IMG/VR virus record: IMGVR_UViG_3300020195_000009
Location: 62,001 to 126,000 of that record
Reading direction: 5' to 3' (one strand)
DNA length: 64,000 nucleotides
Of this stretch, positions 55,795 to 64,000 are shown piece by piece. The notes beneath the pieces are model-generated. The model saw nothing but the letters and a program-made list of their open reading frames with translations. It searched no databases and was not told where the DNA came from. The position numbers were made by a program, and so were the translations under genes. Position 1 is the stretch's first letter. Every line of letters begins with the position of its first letter.

Positions 55795-56736
55795 TCAGTC
55801 CGTGTTGACCTTGCAGTAGGCGTCGTTGATCGCCGTGGTGTTCGTCGGGATCACGAGGTGTAGGACGTTCGACAGCTTGCAGGAGTCCGCATCCGGGTCG
55901 AGGGTGTAGTTGCCGGACCCAGAGCAGTTCAGGTCGTCACCTTGCTGCGTTTGAGGGTTCAAGATGAAGTAACCCCCACACCACGGGGGCACCGTCTTGT
56001 CTCCCGTGCTCACCGTCGCCGAATAGTGAACCGGACCCAGGGTTGTTGACCCTGGCGTCATGTCGTTGGATCCGTCGCCCTGGGGAGCCACCCCGTTCAA
56101 CTTGTGGAGGAACGCGCTGTCCGGACAGACCTCTGGGTTCACCCCGGTACAGGCGCCGGCCAGAGTGCAGTTCGTGATCCCGTTGTGGGTTGGGGCCATG
56201 ACCACGAGGTCATTCACTTGTCGAGGGGAGGCTAGGAACTGCGTGTAGTACCTTGCGACGACCCCGCCTTGACTGTGCGTCACGATGTCGACCATAGGGC
56301 ACACGGTCCCGCCGTCACCGTCAGAAGTGCAGGGCACCTTCTCGTCGATGTACCTCTTGAGGCACTTGGCGTAGCTCTCGTTGACGTACGTGGCGCCCGT
56401 TCCGTCTGGCGCCGCGAGCATCGAGCAGAACCCGTTGCTACCGCAGTATGCGGCCATGGAGATCCGGAACAGGTTCACGTTCTCCGTGTACCCCTTCGCC
56501 GACCAGTTGGAAACGAGGGTGTCCCATCGAGCGCCGGAGTCGTTCCGTCCATGCACGAGGATGACCGGGTGTTGAGGAGTGACGTTCGAGCACGTCTGAC
56601 AGGTCGTGAGTCCAGAGGAGACCTTTCTCAAGGACTTCGCGTTGGGATCGTCCACCTGTTGCTGCGTTCCGCAGCTCGCACACCCGACAATGAACATAAG
56701 TAGCGCTACGGCCACCCAAACGATCTTTTTCAACAT
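55795..56736 (-). CDS. Secreted lipoprotein lipase/esterase (alpha/beta hydrolase)
   Basis: True start at 56736 (MLKKIVWVAVALLMFIVGC, signal peptide with lipobox Cys); oxyanion 'LVHG', nucleophile elbow 'THSQGG', 'GDKTVP' Asp and C-terminal His; Cys-rich. Confidence 0.88.
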   Translation of the reverse strand: MLKKIVWVAVALLMFIVGCASCGTQQQVDDPNAKSLRKVSSGLTTCQTCSNVTPQHPVILVHGRNDSGARWDTLVSNWSAKGYTENVNLFRISMAAYCGSNGFCSMLAAPDGTGATYVNESYAKCLKRYIDEKVPCTSDGDGGTVCPMVDIVTHSQGGVVARYYTQFLASPRQVNDLVVMAPTHNGITNCTLAGACTGVNPEVCPDSAFLHKLNGVAPQGDGSNDMTPGSTTLGPVHYSATVSTGDKTVPPWCGGYFILNPQTQQGDDLNCSGSGNYTLDPDADSCKLSNVLHLVIPTNTTAINDAYCKVNTD

Positions 56737-56743
56737 GGTCTTT

Positions 56744-58153
56744 TTACTCCTCCGTCCAGTACACGCCCATCCTAAAAGTAGAAGTGTTGGTTGCGATCTG
56801 CCGGAGGTACAGACCTTGACCTTCTCGTAGAATGATAGGCTTTGTACGGTCCACCAAAGACCCGTCATGGACGGTGTGGGAATGGGCGTCCGTTGACCCC
56901 TGTGCCGTGTTGATCTGCTCTACCCACGTGTACATCTTCGGAGTTGTAGCGTGGTCCGTGATGCCGGTAGGGGCAGACCGAACGACCGCCTGTGCCCCGG
57001 GATCATCCTGATCATACTTAGCAGCGGTGACTGTCGAGCCGGTCGTGATGGCTGTTGCCAACCGCATCTCGAACGGAATGATGACCGTTGCTCCGGAAGA
57101 CGACGGAACTGCGGCCCATACCTCAAAGACGCGGACGATCTTCCCCGAACCACTTGGGTTGAAGATCGAGATCATGTCCTTGCTGTTGGCACCCGCAAGA
57201 GCCGCCTCGGCTATGTAGGTAGCTCTCTCGACTCCAGCTATAGCGAGCGCGTCCTGGTCGCTCGCAAATGTAACAGGGATAGAGGTCGACTTCGTCTTCT
57301 GCCCAATGGTCGGGACCGTTGAGCCGAGCCAAGCTCCAATGTTGGTGTCGAGACGGCCACCTACAAGAGCCGCCGGAAGCTGCCCCGCGGTGTTCGTGTT
57401 GTAGAAGGAGGTGCCATCGCTCAACCGATTCGACCACGGGGCGTTGGCCGCTGCTCCAGCTCCTTGAGCTGCGGTAACGATGTCTACGTTGGTGAGGGCT
57501 CGGATCGCCGTGGGGTCCTTGGCGACCCCACCGTGGTAAATTTGAACGTCGAGACCTTGGTGATCGGCACCTTGAGCCGTCGAAGTGACATCGGCGGCGG
57601 TCGTGGCGCCCTTCGCACCGCCTCGCACGATGGCCTTTTGAGTTCCATCCGTGAGGGTGGCGTCGAGGGCGAGCCCGTTGGTGGTTCCTATGTTAGCGGT
57701 GACGGTACCGTCAACCGTGAGGGATCCACCGTTGTCCGTGACCGGAAGAGCGCTTTGATCCGACGCAAAGGTGACCGGCGTGGAGGCGGCCATCGCCTTC
57801 TGGCCGAGCGTGTTGATCCGAGCCGTGAAGGTGGCTTCGGCCAACCGAGAGGCGAGGGTCGTCTCCGTTGCCGCCCCAGTAGGAAGGGGGAGCGAGGCAA
57901 CACTGACCGGAAGGTCGGTCCCACCCGCAACGCCTTGAATCGAGAGGACACCGCCCGCAGGCGTGCCGGCTACCCCGGCCCCAACAACAACCTGACGCCC
58001 CGTGGTGTCCACGAGGATGAACTGAGCGTTCCCCGAACCGTCGACCCCTACGGAGATGAACCCACGTGTATTGCCCGTCGTAACGAACGCGTCTTTGACG
58101 GCTAGTTCGACGCTATCCGTCGTGAACAGGATGGAGACGAGGGACTTTGCCAT
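56744..58153 (-). CDS. Putative fibre/appendage protein
   Basis: G/A/T-rich, repeated 'GQK....S.PVTFASDQ.AL', C-terminal beta-sandwich-like domain. Confidence 0.65.
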   Translation of the reverse strand: MAKSLVSILFTTDSVELAVKDAFVTTGNTRGFISVGVDGSGNAQFILVDTTGRQVVVGAGVAGTPAGGVLSIQGVAGGTDLPVSVASLPLPTGAATETTLASRLAEATFTARINTLGQKAMAASTPVTFASDQSALPVTDNGGSLTVDGTVTANIGTTNGLALDATLTDGTQKAIVRGGAKGATTAADVTSTAQGADHQGLDVQIYHGGVAKDPTAIRALTNVDIVTAAQGAGAAANAPWSNRLSDGTSFYNTNTAGQLPAALVGGRLDTNIGAWLGSTVPTIGQKTKSTSIPVTFASDQDALAIAGVERATYIAEAALAGANSKDMISIFNPSGSGKIVRVFEVWAAVPSSSGATVIIPFEMRLATAITTGSTVTAAKYDQDDPGAQAVVRSAPTGITDHATTPKMYTWVEQINTAQGSTDAHSHTVHDGSLVDRTKPIILREGQGLYLRQIATNTSTFRMGVYWTEE

Positions 58154-58154
58154 G

Positions 58155-58649
58155 TCACGCTATCGTGCGGGTTCGACTCGTCTCGAAGATGCCCGAGTAC
58201 GAGATCGTATCTGTCACGGTCGCGAGAACAGTAGATCCGTCAACGTCATAAACTTTCCACTCGTCGGTGTTGACGGTCTTGTTCGCGTTGTAGGTGATCG
58301 TCTCTTCAACGATCTTGTCGACCTTGGTGTTGTCCACCCACCAGATGATGGAAGTCGGGAACGGGTCGGCCGTGGGGAGGGTCTCTTGGTACGCCCCGGA
58401 GGCGAACCCCTCGAAGGGGCCGCCTTCCTCCGCAAGATGAATGAGCTGGCGAAGGGTCTTGTGATCGTCCGCCGTAATCCCAGTGCTAGCAGACCTTGGG
58501 TTGAAGGTCCCGACGGTATCCCGCATCCAAAAACTGGTGCCGTCGAATGTAACCCCACCAGCTACCGATGGGATTGAAGCCCCCCCGCTTAGACGAAGTT
58601 CTTCATCTTCTTCGAGAGGGCCAGGGCGACGGTCTGGAGTCCGGGGCAC
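58155..58649 (-). CDS. Putative structural protein
   Basis: 164 aa, beta-rich C-terminus 'VTDTISYSGIFETSRTR'. Confidence 0.65.
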   Translation of the reverse strand: MPRTPDRRPGPLEEDEELRLSGGASIPSVAGGVTFDGTSFWMRDTVGTFNPRSASTGITADDHKTLRQLIHLAEEGGPFEGFASGAYQETLPTADPFPTSIIWWVDNTKVDKIVEETITYNANKTVNTDEWKVYDVDGSTVLATVTDTISYSGIFETSRTRTIA

Positions 58650-59347
58650 TACGCCCTCTTAGGGCTCTTCTTAGAGGTCCCCTTCTTAGGGGGGGCCGTC
58701 ATCTGAGCTTCAGTTGCAGGGGTCTCAGTTGGGGTGAGGGCTTGTTCAAGCCCTGGGACACCCTCAAACGGAGCAGACCCGTTCGCATGACCATTTGCAG
58801 CCCCATTCGGAACTACAGAGGTGACCTCAGCAGCAGAGGCAGCCTCCTCAGCCAAGCGACGCTCCTTGATCGACATCCCAGGTCGGATACCCGGTACAGG
58901 TCTCGGCCCCCCTAAGGCGGGGCCGAGACCTGAAGCCTCTTCAACAATGGCGCCTTCACTCAACGCCTTTTTGAAGTTGGCGACCTTCGTGGCCTCATCT
59001 TCTTGAAACTTCTTCACAATCTTGACCGACATCTCCATCGCTTGAACGCGACCGGAATGGATCAGCCTGTTGTTCTCCGCTTGCTTGGCAAGATTGGCGG
59101 AAACTTGAGATGCTCGAACGAGGTATTTCTTGATGTCCCCTGCGACTTCGAGGCCAAACTTCCCCTCTGCGATGTCCTTGTCAACATGAGTCAAAAGCGC
59201 CTCGACAGCTTGAGCGGCTTGGAGGAAAGCTTGGGTCGCCCCTTCAAACCGAAGGACATCTTTCTGGACGGACTCCAACGTATCATCGAGGCGGCACCCG
59301 AGTTCGTGTGCCACCCCGATCTTCAACTCCGACTTGTCGAGATTCAT
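58649..59347 (-). CDS. Hypothetical coiled-coil protein (possible fibre chaperone)
   Basis: 232 aa; helical N-terminus, disordered C-terminus. Confidence 0.65.
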   Translation of the reverse strand: MNLDKSELKIGVAHELGCRLDDTLESVQKDVLRFEGATQAFLQAAQAVEALLTHVDKDIAEGKFGLEVAGDIKKYLVRASQVSANLAKQAENNRLIHSGRVQAMEMSVKIVKKFQEDEATKVANFKKALSEGAIVEEASGLGPALGGPRPVPGIRPGMSIKERRLAEEAASAAEVTSVVPNGAANGHANGSAPFEGVPGLEQALTPTETPATEAQMTAPPKKGTSKKSPKRA

Positions 59348-59381
59348 GTGGGTCCTTTTACATTTGATTTAGAAGTTCAGA

Positions 59382-61316
59382 TCAGGCGTACGGAACGACG
59401 CAGAGCACATCCGGGGTTGCGCCCGTAGACTTCACCGTAAACTCGAACTTGAGCTGCCCGTTGACCAGCGACGTACCAGGGTAGTAGTCGTGGTTTGCGG
59501 AAGCATCCGCTCCACCACGAAGCAGCTCCCCGTTGAGGAACACATCGTAGGACGTGATAAAGTTACCACCAGAGAAGTTGGGGAGCTGTGTATCGAGGTT
59601 GGTGCCTCCACCAACTCCACCGACATCCGTATCAGATCCAGTCGTAGCTGTGACGTTGGCGTAAACCTTGGTTCCACGCTGGGCCGCGTTAGCGGACAAA
59701 TAGATGGCTCGAAGAAGCGAAACCTCTCCGAACGCCGTCTCGAAGTCGTTCCACTCCGCTGTCGTATCCGACAGCTTGATACCGTCCGTCTGAGCCCACG
59801 TCGAACCCGTCTGGTTCGAGTCGTCGAGATACATCTCGCTGAATGCAAGGATCCTCAGATCACCTGCCGTAGTCTCGATCACACCGTCCGAGCTACCCAC
59901 TCGAATCGGTCTGGTTCCAGACGTGTTCGCACGAAGACCCGTAGCGAAGTCGTTGACGATCGCATCGTTGTTGAACGTGTCTACATCGGTGCCGAACTGG
60001 ATCTCGCTGGTGCCTCCCGTGCTTCCTTCCAAAAGGCGGAGAAGGTTGGCGTTAGCGAGGTCTCGGATGATCCAGGTAAGCCCGGCCGAGTTCAGGTCCA
60101 ACGTGGCGTTGTTGCCAAGCTCGACGGCCGTTGTACCCTGGTTGTCGTAAGCCCGCTGCCGGGTGACATCCACACTTGCCGCATGGTCCACGAAAGTCGC
60201 CGACATGAGCCAGCAATCCTCGGGGAGATCGTCGAACTTGATTCGGCGAACATAGGCGTAGTTGATGAACTTCGCCTGAATGTCCGCTACCGGACAGGCT
60301 TCGAGGTCATCCAACGCAACGTTCATCCGGACGAAGCTGATCTTGACTCTGTTTCCAGCCGAGGTGTCGTTGAAGGCGGCGCCGTCGGTGCCCGTGCTCT
60401 CGTACTGGAGGAGTCCGAAGACGTCTCGACCGCTGGACTGAATCTTCTGTCCCGTCGTAACGTCTCGAATCTCCAAAAGGTTCTTGGGGTTGATGGCATC
60501 CGGCCCGGCAATTTCAACCAGCTCGTGGACGTTGAAACCTGCACCAGAGAAGGCGGAGTACTGAACCACCGCACCGTCCTGAGTCAGCGCTACAGCTGCA
60601 ACCAAGGTCGGGGCCTGAAGTGCGTATACGGTCAGAAGCTTCCAGTTCTGACCCGTGGCACCACCGCTCATGCCGGTCACAACGAATCCGGCGCCCACCA
60701 CCGTTTCGGTGATGGCAACGTTACCCGCCGTCCCCCCAGTGTCGTTGATCAGGTTGACCAACGCCGATCCACCGCTGTACGCAGTGACGTTCAACGTAGG
60801 AGCGGCGTTGACAGCCGCGATGATGGTGTCTCGGATGGTGTCGGCCGAGTCACCTCCCGTAAAGACAAGCGCTCGGAGCGTAGCGGTGTTGACGACAGAG
60901 GCGTTGCTGTCGAACTCGAACGTGACCGCAGGATTCACGCCGTCGCTGAGGACGAAGTTCTCACCGTCTACGATGAGAGACCCTGCGATGGTCGTGATGG
61001 TGCCTCTGGCCTGAGCATCCACGGGGATGTCAGTGAGGCTGGTCACTCGACAGAGGGTCTTCTGCTCCTCCAGCTCATCCAAGTCGAAGTTGAGGTCACG
61101 GATACCACGCTTCTTCCCGTTGATGGTTGGGATGTCGTCGTACCAATTGCCAGCCCCGTCATCCCAGATGGCTCGTTTCATCTGCGAACGAAGGCCGTTC
61201 AGATCGAATTCGATCTCGACGCCCGCTGTCTCCAGGGTCGAACCCGCCGCGACGGTATCGTCATACAGATCCGAGTTCTTGATCTGAGTGTCTTGGCGAA
61301 TGAATGTTCTGGACAT
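59382..61316 (-). CDS. Putative virion structural/fibre protein
   Basis: 644 aa, acidic and beta-rich; 'DVFLNGELLRGG...DYY' end motif; GAGGAG RBS. Confidence 0.7.
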   Translation of the reverse strand: MSRTFIRQDTQIKNSDLYDDTVAAGSTLETAGVEIEFDLNGLRSQMKRAIWDDGAGNWYDDIPTINGKKRGIRDLNFDLDELEEQKTLCRVTSLTDIPVDAQARGTITTIAGSLIVDGENFVLSDGVNPAVTFEFDSNASVVNTATLRALVFTGGDSADTIRDTIIAAVNAAPTLNVTAYSGGSALVNLINDTGGTAGNVAITETVVGAGFVVTGMSGGATGQNWKLLTVYALQAPTLVAAVALTQDGAVVQYSAFSGAGFNVHELVEIAGPDAINPKNLLEIRDVTTGQKIQSSGRDVFGLLQYESTGTDGAAFNDTSAGNRVKISFVRMNVALDDLEACPVADIQAKFINYAYVRRIKFDDLPEDCWLMSATFVDHAASVDVTRQRAYDNQGTTAVELGNNATLDLNSAGLTWIIRDLANANLLRLLEGSTGGTSEIQFGTDVDTFNNDAIVNDFATGLRANTSGTRPIRVGSSDGVIETTAGDLRILAFSEMYLDDSNQTGSTWAQTDGIKLSDTTAEWNDFETAFGEVSLLRAIYLSANAAQRGTKVYANVTATTGSDTDVGGVGGGTNLDTQLPNFSGGNFITSYDVFLNGELLRGGADASANHDYYPGTSLVNGQLKFEFTVKSTGATPDVLCVVPYA

Positions 61317-61375
61317 GGGAACTCCTCTTTGGCCGCTGCTTCCTTAAAAAGGAAACATAAGAACCTTCTCAAAGC

Positions 61376-61699
61376 TCAAGGGGTAGTGATGATGTAGTCC
61401 GCGATGAGCTTGTCACCCGGCCTCATGGGTACCCCCATGGTGATTGTATCAAAACCAGTCCCAACCCCACCACTTTCCGAAACCGTGTAGTCATCAAGCA
61501 GGGTTTGTCTGACGCCGTTGTAGTAAACCTGGATTGAAAGGAAAGGGAGATTGTGAACGAAGTTCTCAGAGGAGGGGGTTGTGTAGACGAGGTTGACCCC
61601 ATCCTTTGCACCCAACAACCCCTGCCCCGTCCTGTACCGACCAACAGCTATGAAGAGCTGCTGTGCGGTCTGGAGGTTGAGGAAGTTGATTAGATACAC
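61376..61699 (-). CDS. Small structural protein (fibre-base type beta domain)
   Basis: 'G.KDGVN..YT...QVYYNGVRQ....DYT.......IT......GDKLIADY'. Confidence 0.7.
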   Translation of the reverse strand: MYLINFLNLQTAQQLFIAVGRYRTGQGLLGAKDGVNLVYTTPSSENFVHNLPFLSIQVYYNGVRQTLLDDYTVSESGGVGTGFDTITMGVPMRPGDKLIADYIITTP

Positions 61700-61733
61700 G
61701 CACGTCTCCCACCGCTTTCAACGAACCGGAGGT

Positions 61734-62387
61734 TTATCGCGGGTTGGCGAAGGTGAACGATGTCGTGAACTGAACAGCGCCTCCCGTGGATCGAACAAAC
61801 ATCGTTGAAACAAGTCCGAAAAACCCAGTGAGTTCCTTCCCAAATGGGATCAGCATCTCCGGCCCACCCGGATCGAAAGCGACGTACAGAGGGTTCGCCC
61901 CATCGAGATTGAGGATGCGAACATTCTCCATAGCTCTTGGTAGATCGAGCTGGAGAGCGTCTGCGATCCCAGTCCCGGTCGGAGCACTCGCCGTGAACCC
62001 CGATTGCAACGGCCCGGTGAACGGGGGGAGCACCAAGGTTGCCGCCCCCGGTGCCGGAGTGACCATTTCGGCGCTTGCCCCATCGATGTAAACAAGCTTG
62101 ATCCAAAACGCATCCGTATCCGACAGGGAGAAGTTGGAAGGCTTGAAAATCATCCGAACGTTCTCGCCCGGTTGAATCACATGCTGAGGGCCCGCTACCT
62201 CAGGGTCCACCTTTCCTGTTCTGGGGACGGTCATCACCGTGGTCGCGAAAAGACCCCCTGGGTTGTTGGCGACATCCGCCTTGAGCCGGTACTGTTCAAC
62301 CAGCTCCGATGCAGGTCGGATCGGAGTGATGAGATCGATCAGGCCGGGTTTGCGACGAAGGATTGAGAACAGGCGGGGGGCTGTCAT
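61734..62387 (-). CDS. Putative structural protein
   Basis: 217-aa beta-rich ORF, tightly coupled to the upstream gene. Confidence 0.65.
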   Translation of the reverse strand: MTAPRLFSILRRKPGLIDLITPIRPASELVEQYRLKADVANNPGGLFATTVMTVPRTGKVDPEVAGPQHVIQPGENVRMIFKPSNFSLSDTDAFWIKLVYIDGASAEMVTPAPGAATLVLPPFTGPLQSGFTASAPTGTGIADALQLDLPRAMENVRILNLDGANPLYVAFDPGGPEMLIPFGKELTGFFGLVSTMFVRSTGGAVQFTTSFTFANPR

Positions 62388-62388
62388 G

Positions 62389-62793
62389 TCACTTCGACCC
62401 GGCTACAAGATGATCATAGGTTGCAGCCGCCTCGTTACCCTTCTCGGTACGGGCCAGCTCTTGGGCCTCCCTCCAGGAGCCGGTCTCAACCCCCTCGTAG
62501 TTTGCCTGAAGGTTGGCTTTGAAGACGTGGTCCTTCTCTTTTTTGGCCAGCATGTCCCGCCGCTTCGCCCGGTAGGCGTTCTCTTTGATGGACTTGCTAG
62601 CCCACCCCCCAGACTCACCCTCCTTGAGAATGAACCCTAGGTTACCGGGGGCGAAGCCAATTTGAGCTGGAAGGCCGCAGGTCTTGCAGGCGAGGGCTTT
62701 GGTGCCAGCTTTTACTTGGTCGTACTCCGAGTACGACAGGCGTTGGTCGTGGGTTTCACCGCATTCAAGGCATTCGATTTGGTACGTCGGCAC
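62389..62793 (-). CDS. FmdB-family zinc-ribbon protein
   Basis: 'MPTYQIECLECGE...ACKTCG...FILK....GGW'; GTG start with GGGAG RBS. Confidence 0.85.
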   Translation of the reverse strand: MPTYQIECLECGETHDQRLSYSEYDQVKAGTKALACKTCGLPAQIGFAPGNLGFILKEGESGGWASKSIKENAYRAKRRDMLAKKEKDHVFKANLQANYEGVETGSWREAQELARTEKGNEAAATYDHLVAGSK

Positions 62794-62806
62794 GGTCGAT
62801 CTCCCT

Positions 62807-63706
62807 TCATTTCATTTTCATTTCACGCTGAATAGCGTGGCGGAAAGCATCCTCTGCGGCGGTCTTCTTCTTGGGGATCTCCCACTTACGAACATGACCA
62901 ATGACAGCCGATACGTGTTTGCAAACCCGATTGATCCTCTCGGGGTCTTTAATGTTCGGAGTTGAAGCCGTACCCACGGGCTTACCGTCTATGTACGCCT
63001 CACCCTTCGCATGGAACTCGGAACCCAACCATCTCCAAGCATGGCAGGAGCATGAGAAGTGGGCGTCCATCTTGGTCAAGGCTTTCACTACCCCTTTGCG
63101 GGTTGCCTTAAGCTTGACCATCTTGGGGCCGTTACCGCAGTTGACAGAGAAGATCCAACGAAGATTGCCAACATCCACTCGTTTGACGGAAACAGCGCAA
63201 GTTTTGGATCGGTCGACGACCTTGGGGTTCAACCCCTCTTCAATCTCGGGAAACCGGGCAGCAATCCGCACCAAACCCTCAAGTGGTACCAAGACCTCAT
63301 GGGCCGTCCGTAGCAACCAGAGCTGCGTCACAGACTCAACGAGGTGGGCGTTGTGACGGTTGGGGATCTTGTCCCGGTACGGGTAACGGGTCTTGGAATA
63401 GTCGTTGTCGGGTCGTTCACCAAGCCCGTTGTAGCTAGGTTGGGCTTTCGAGTGGTCGATCTCGTCCGCCCGCCCTTGGTCCTTCAACAGATCGTCGGCG
63501 TTGTCGACATGGTAGATCGACTGGTTGTTCATGGAAGGCTCTCGGGGAGGCTCGCCGGGTGGCTTTGCAAACGTAGAGGACCCAGGGATAGCGGGGTCCA
63601 AAGACAAGCCCTTCCCCGCCGGGTCACCACTGGGGAGCTTGGACTCCGAAAGTGCCGACCCACCCGCTGTGCCGTAAGGCGGGCGAATAACAAGCGGCTG
63701 GATCAT
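62807..63706 (-). CDS. SWIM-type zinc-finger protein with disordered N-terminus
   Basis: 'FSCSCHAW...RVCKHV' is the CxC...CxH SWIM motif. Confidence 0.8.
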   Translation of the reverse strand: MIQPLVIRPPYGTAGGSALSESKLPSGDPAGKGLSLDPAIPGSSTFAKPPGEPPREPSMNNQSIYHVDNADDLLKDQGRADEIDHSKAQPSYNGLGERPDNDYSKTRYPYRDKIPNRHNAHLVESVTQLWLLRTAHEVLVPLEGLVRIAARFPEIEEGLNPKVVDRSKTCAVSVKRVDVGNLRWIFSVNCGNGPKMVKLKATRKGVVKALTKMDAHFSCSCHAWRWLGSEFHAKGEAYIDGKPVGTASTPNIKDPERINRVCKHVSAVIGHVRKWEIPKKKTAAEDAFRHAIQREMKMK

Positions 63707-64000
63707 GGGGAGGCTGCCTTCCCCCGCGCTCTCTTCTCGGCCTTGTATATCCGATTCTGTTCTCGCCGTCTTGCTTTACGTGCCCGCTCCTCAGGGGGGA
63801 GATGAGCGTCTCTGGCGATTGCATTCGCAGCAACCGTTTCCCAAGCCTTGCGCAACCCCTCGGCGTTAGCCTTCTGCCACTCAGGATCAGCATGCTGCTT
63901 ACGAAGCTGCTCTAGGTTCTGCTTTCGCCACTCAGGATTGGCGAGCTTTGCTTGAGCACCCCTTGAACAAGCGTCCCTGTACTCAAGGTCAGCCGCTCTC
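63703..64000 (-). CDS. C-terminal part of a probable homing-endonuclease-like DNA-binding protein (runs off the right edge)
   Basis: Open frame ...ADLEYRDACS...ANPEWRKQN...ADPEWQKAN...RRREQNRIYKAEKRARGKAASP*; '(D/N)PEW' helical repeats; stop overlaps the next ATG (ATGA). Confidence 0.55.
   Translation of the reverse strand, partial: RAADLEYRDACSRGAQAKLANPEWRKQNLEQLRKQHADPEWQKANAEGLRKAWETVAANAIARDAHLPPEERARKARRREQNRIYKAEKRARGKAASP

Noticed and set aside
59490-61397. 635-aa plus-strand ORF (and similar ones at 28057..29700, 25257..26435, 38368..39489, 32324..33334)
   Set aside because: Antisense shadows of well-supported minus-strand genes, expected from GC-rich codon bias; the translations have no recognisable motifs.
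1-64000. Stop-codon reassignment as in some jumbo phages
   Set aside because: Genes tile densely under the standard code and end in TGA, TAA and TAG.
1-64000. CRISPR array, tRNA or rRNA genes
   Set aside because: No repeat-spacer array or cloverleaf seen; the few intergenic gaps are explained by leaders, hairpins or endonuclease relics.

Overview
A 64-kb stretch of what is almost certainly the late, virion-morphogenesis region of a large contractile-tailed (myovirus-like, probably jumbo) phage. All credible genes lie on the minus strand and use the standard code. In transcription order (right to left): an edge-truncated homing-endonuclease-like ORF; SWIM and FmdB-type zinc proteins; putative fibre/decoration proteins, many as paralogous pairs; a secreted lipoprotein lipase; neck/head-completion proteins; a Dps-like protein; an actin-fold ATPase; tail terminator; a 1432-aa tail sheath; a UvrD helicase with a long N-terminal extension; tail tube; two chaperones; tape measure; two tube-initiator paralogues (one fused to a lytic transglycosylase); hub; spike; large baseplate/fibre proteins; a gp25-like wedge; and a baseplate-J-like gene running off the left edge. 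No capsid, portal or terminase gene was recognised. The most notable observations are: (1) an actin-like ATPase/Dps/coiled-coil cassette inside the head-tail joining operon; (2) a family of non-structural-looking late proteins punctuated by K/R-x-A motifs, possibly protease-processed virion cargo, including the helicase; (3) a free-standing HNH endonuclease that appears to have replaced the 3' end of the spike gene with a synonymously recoded copy; (4) two further decayed homing-endonuclease relics missed by the ORF track; and (5) two recurring non-coding motifs, a candidate late promoter and an ATGAAGAT/AT-periodic leader. All functional calls come from motif recognition and gene order by eye; no searches were run.
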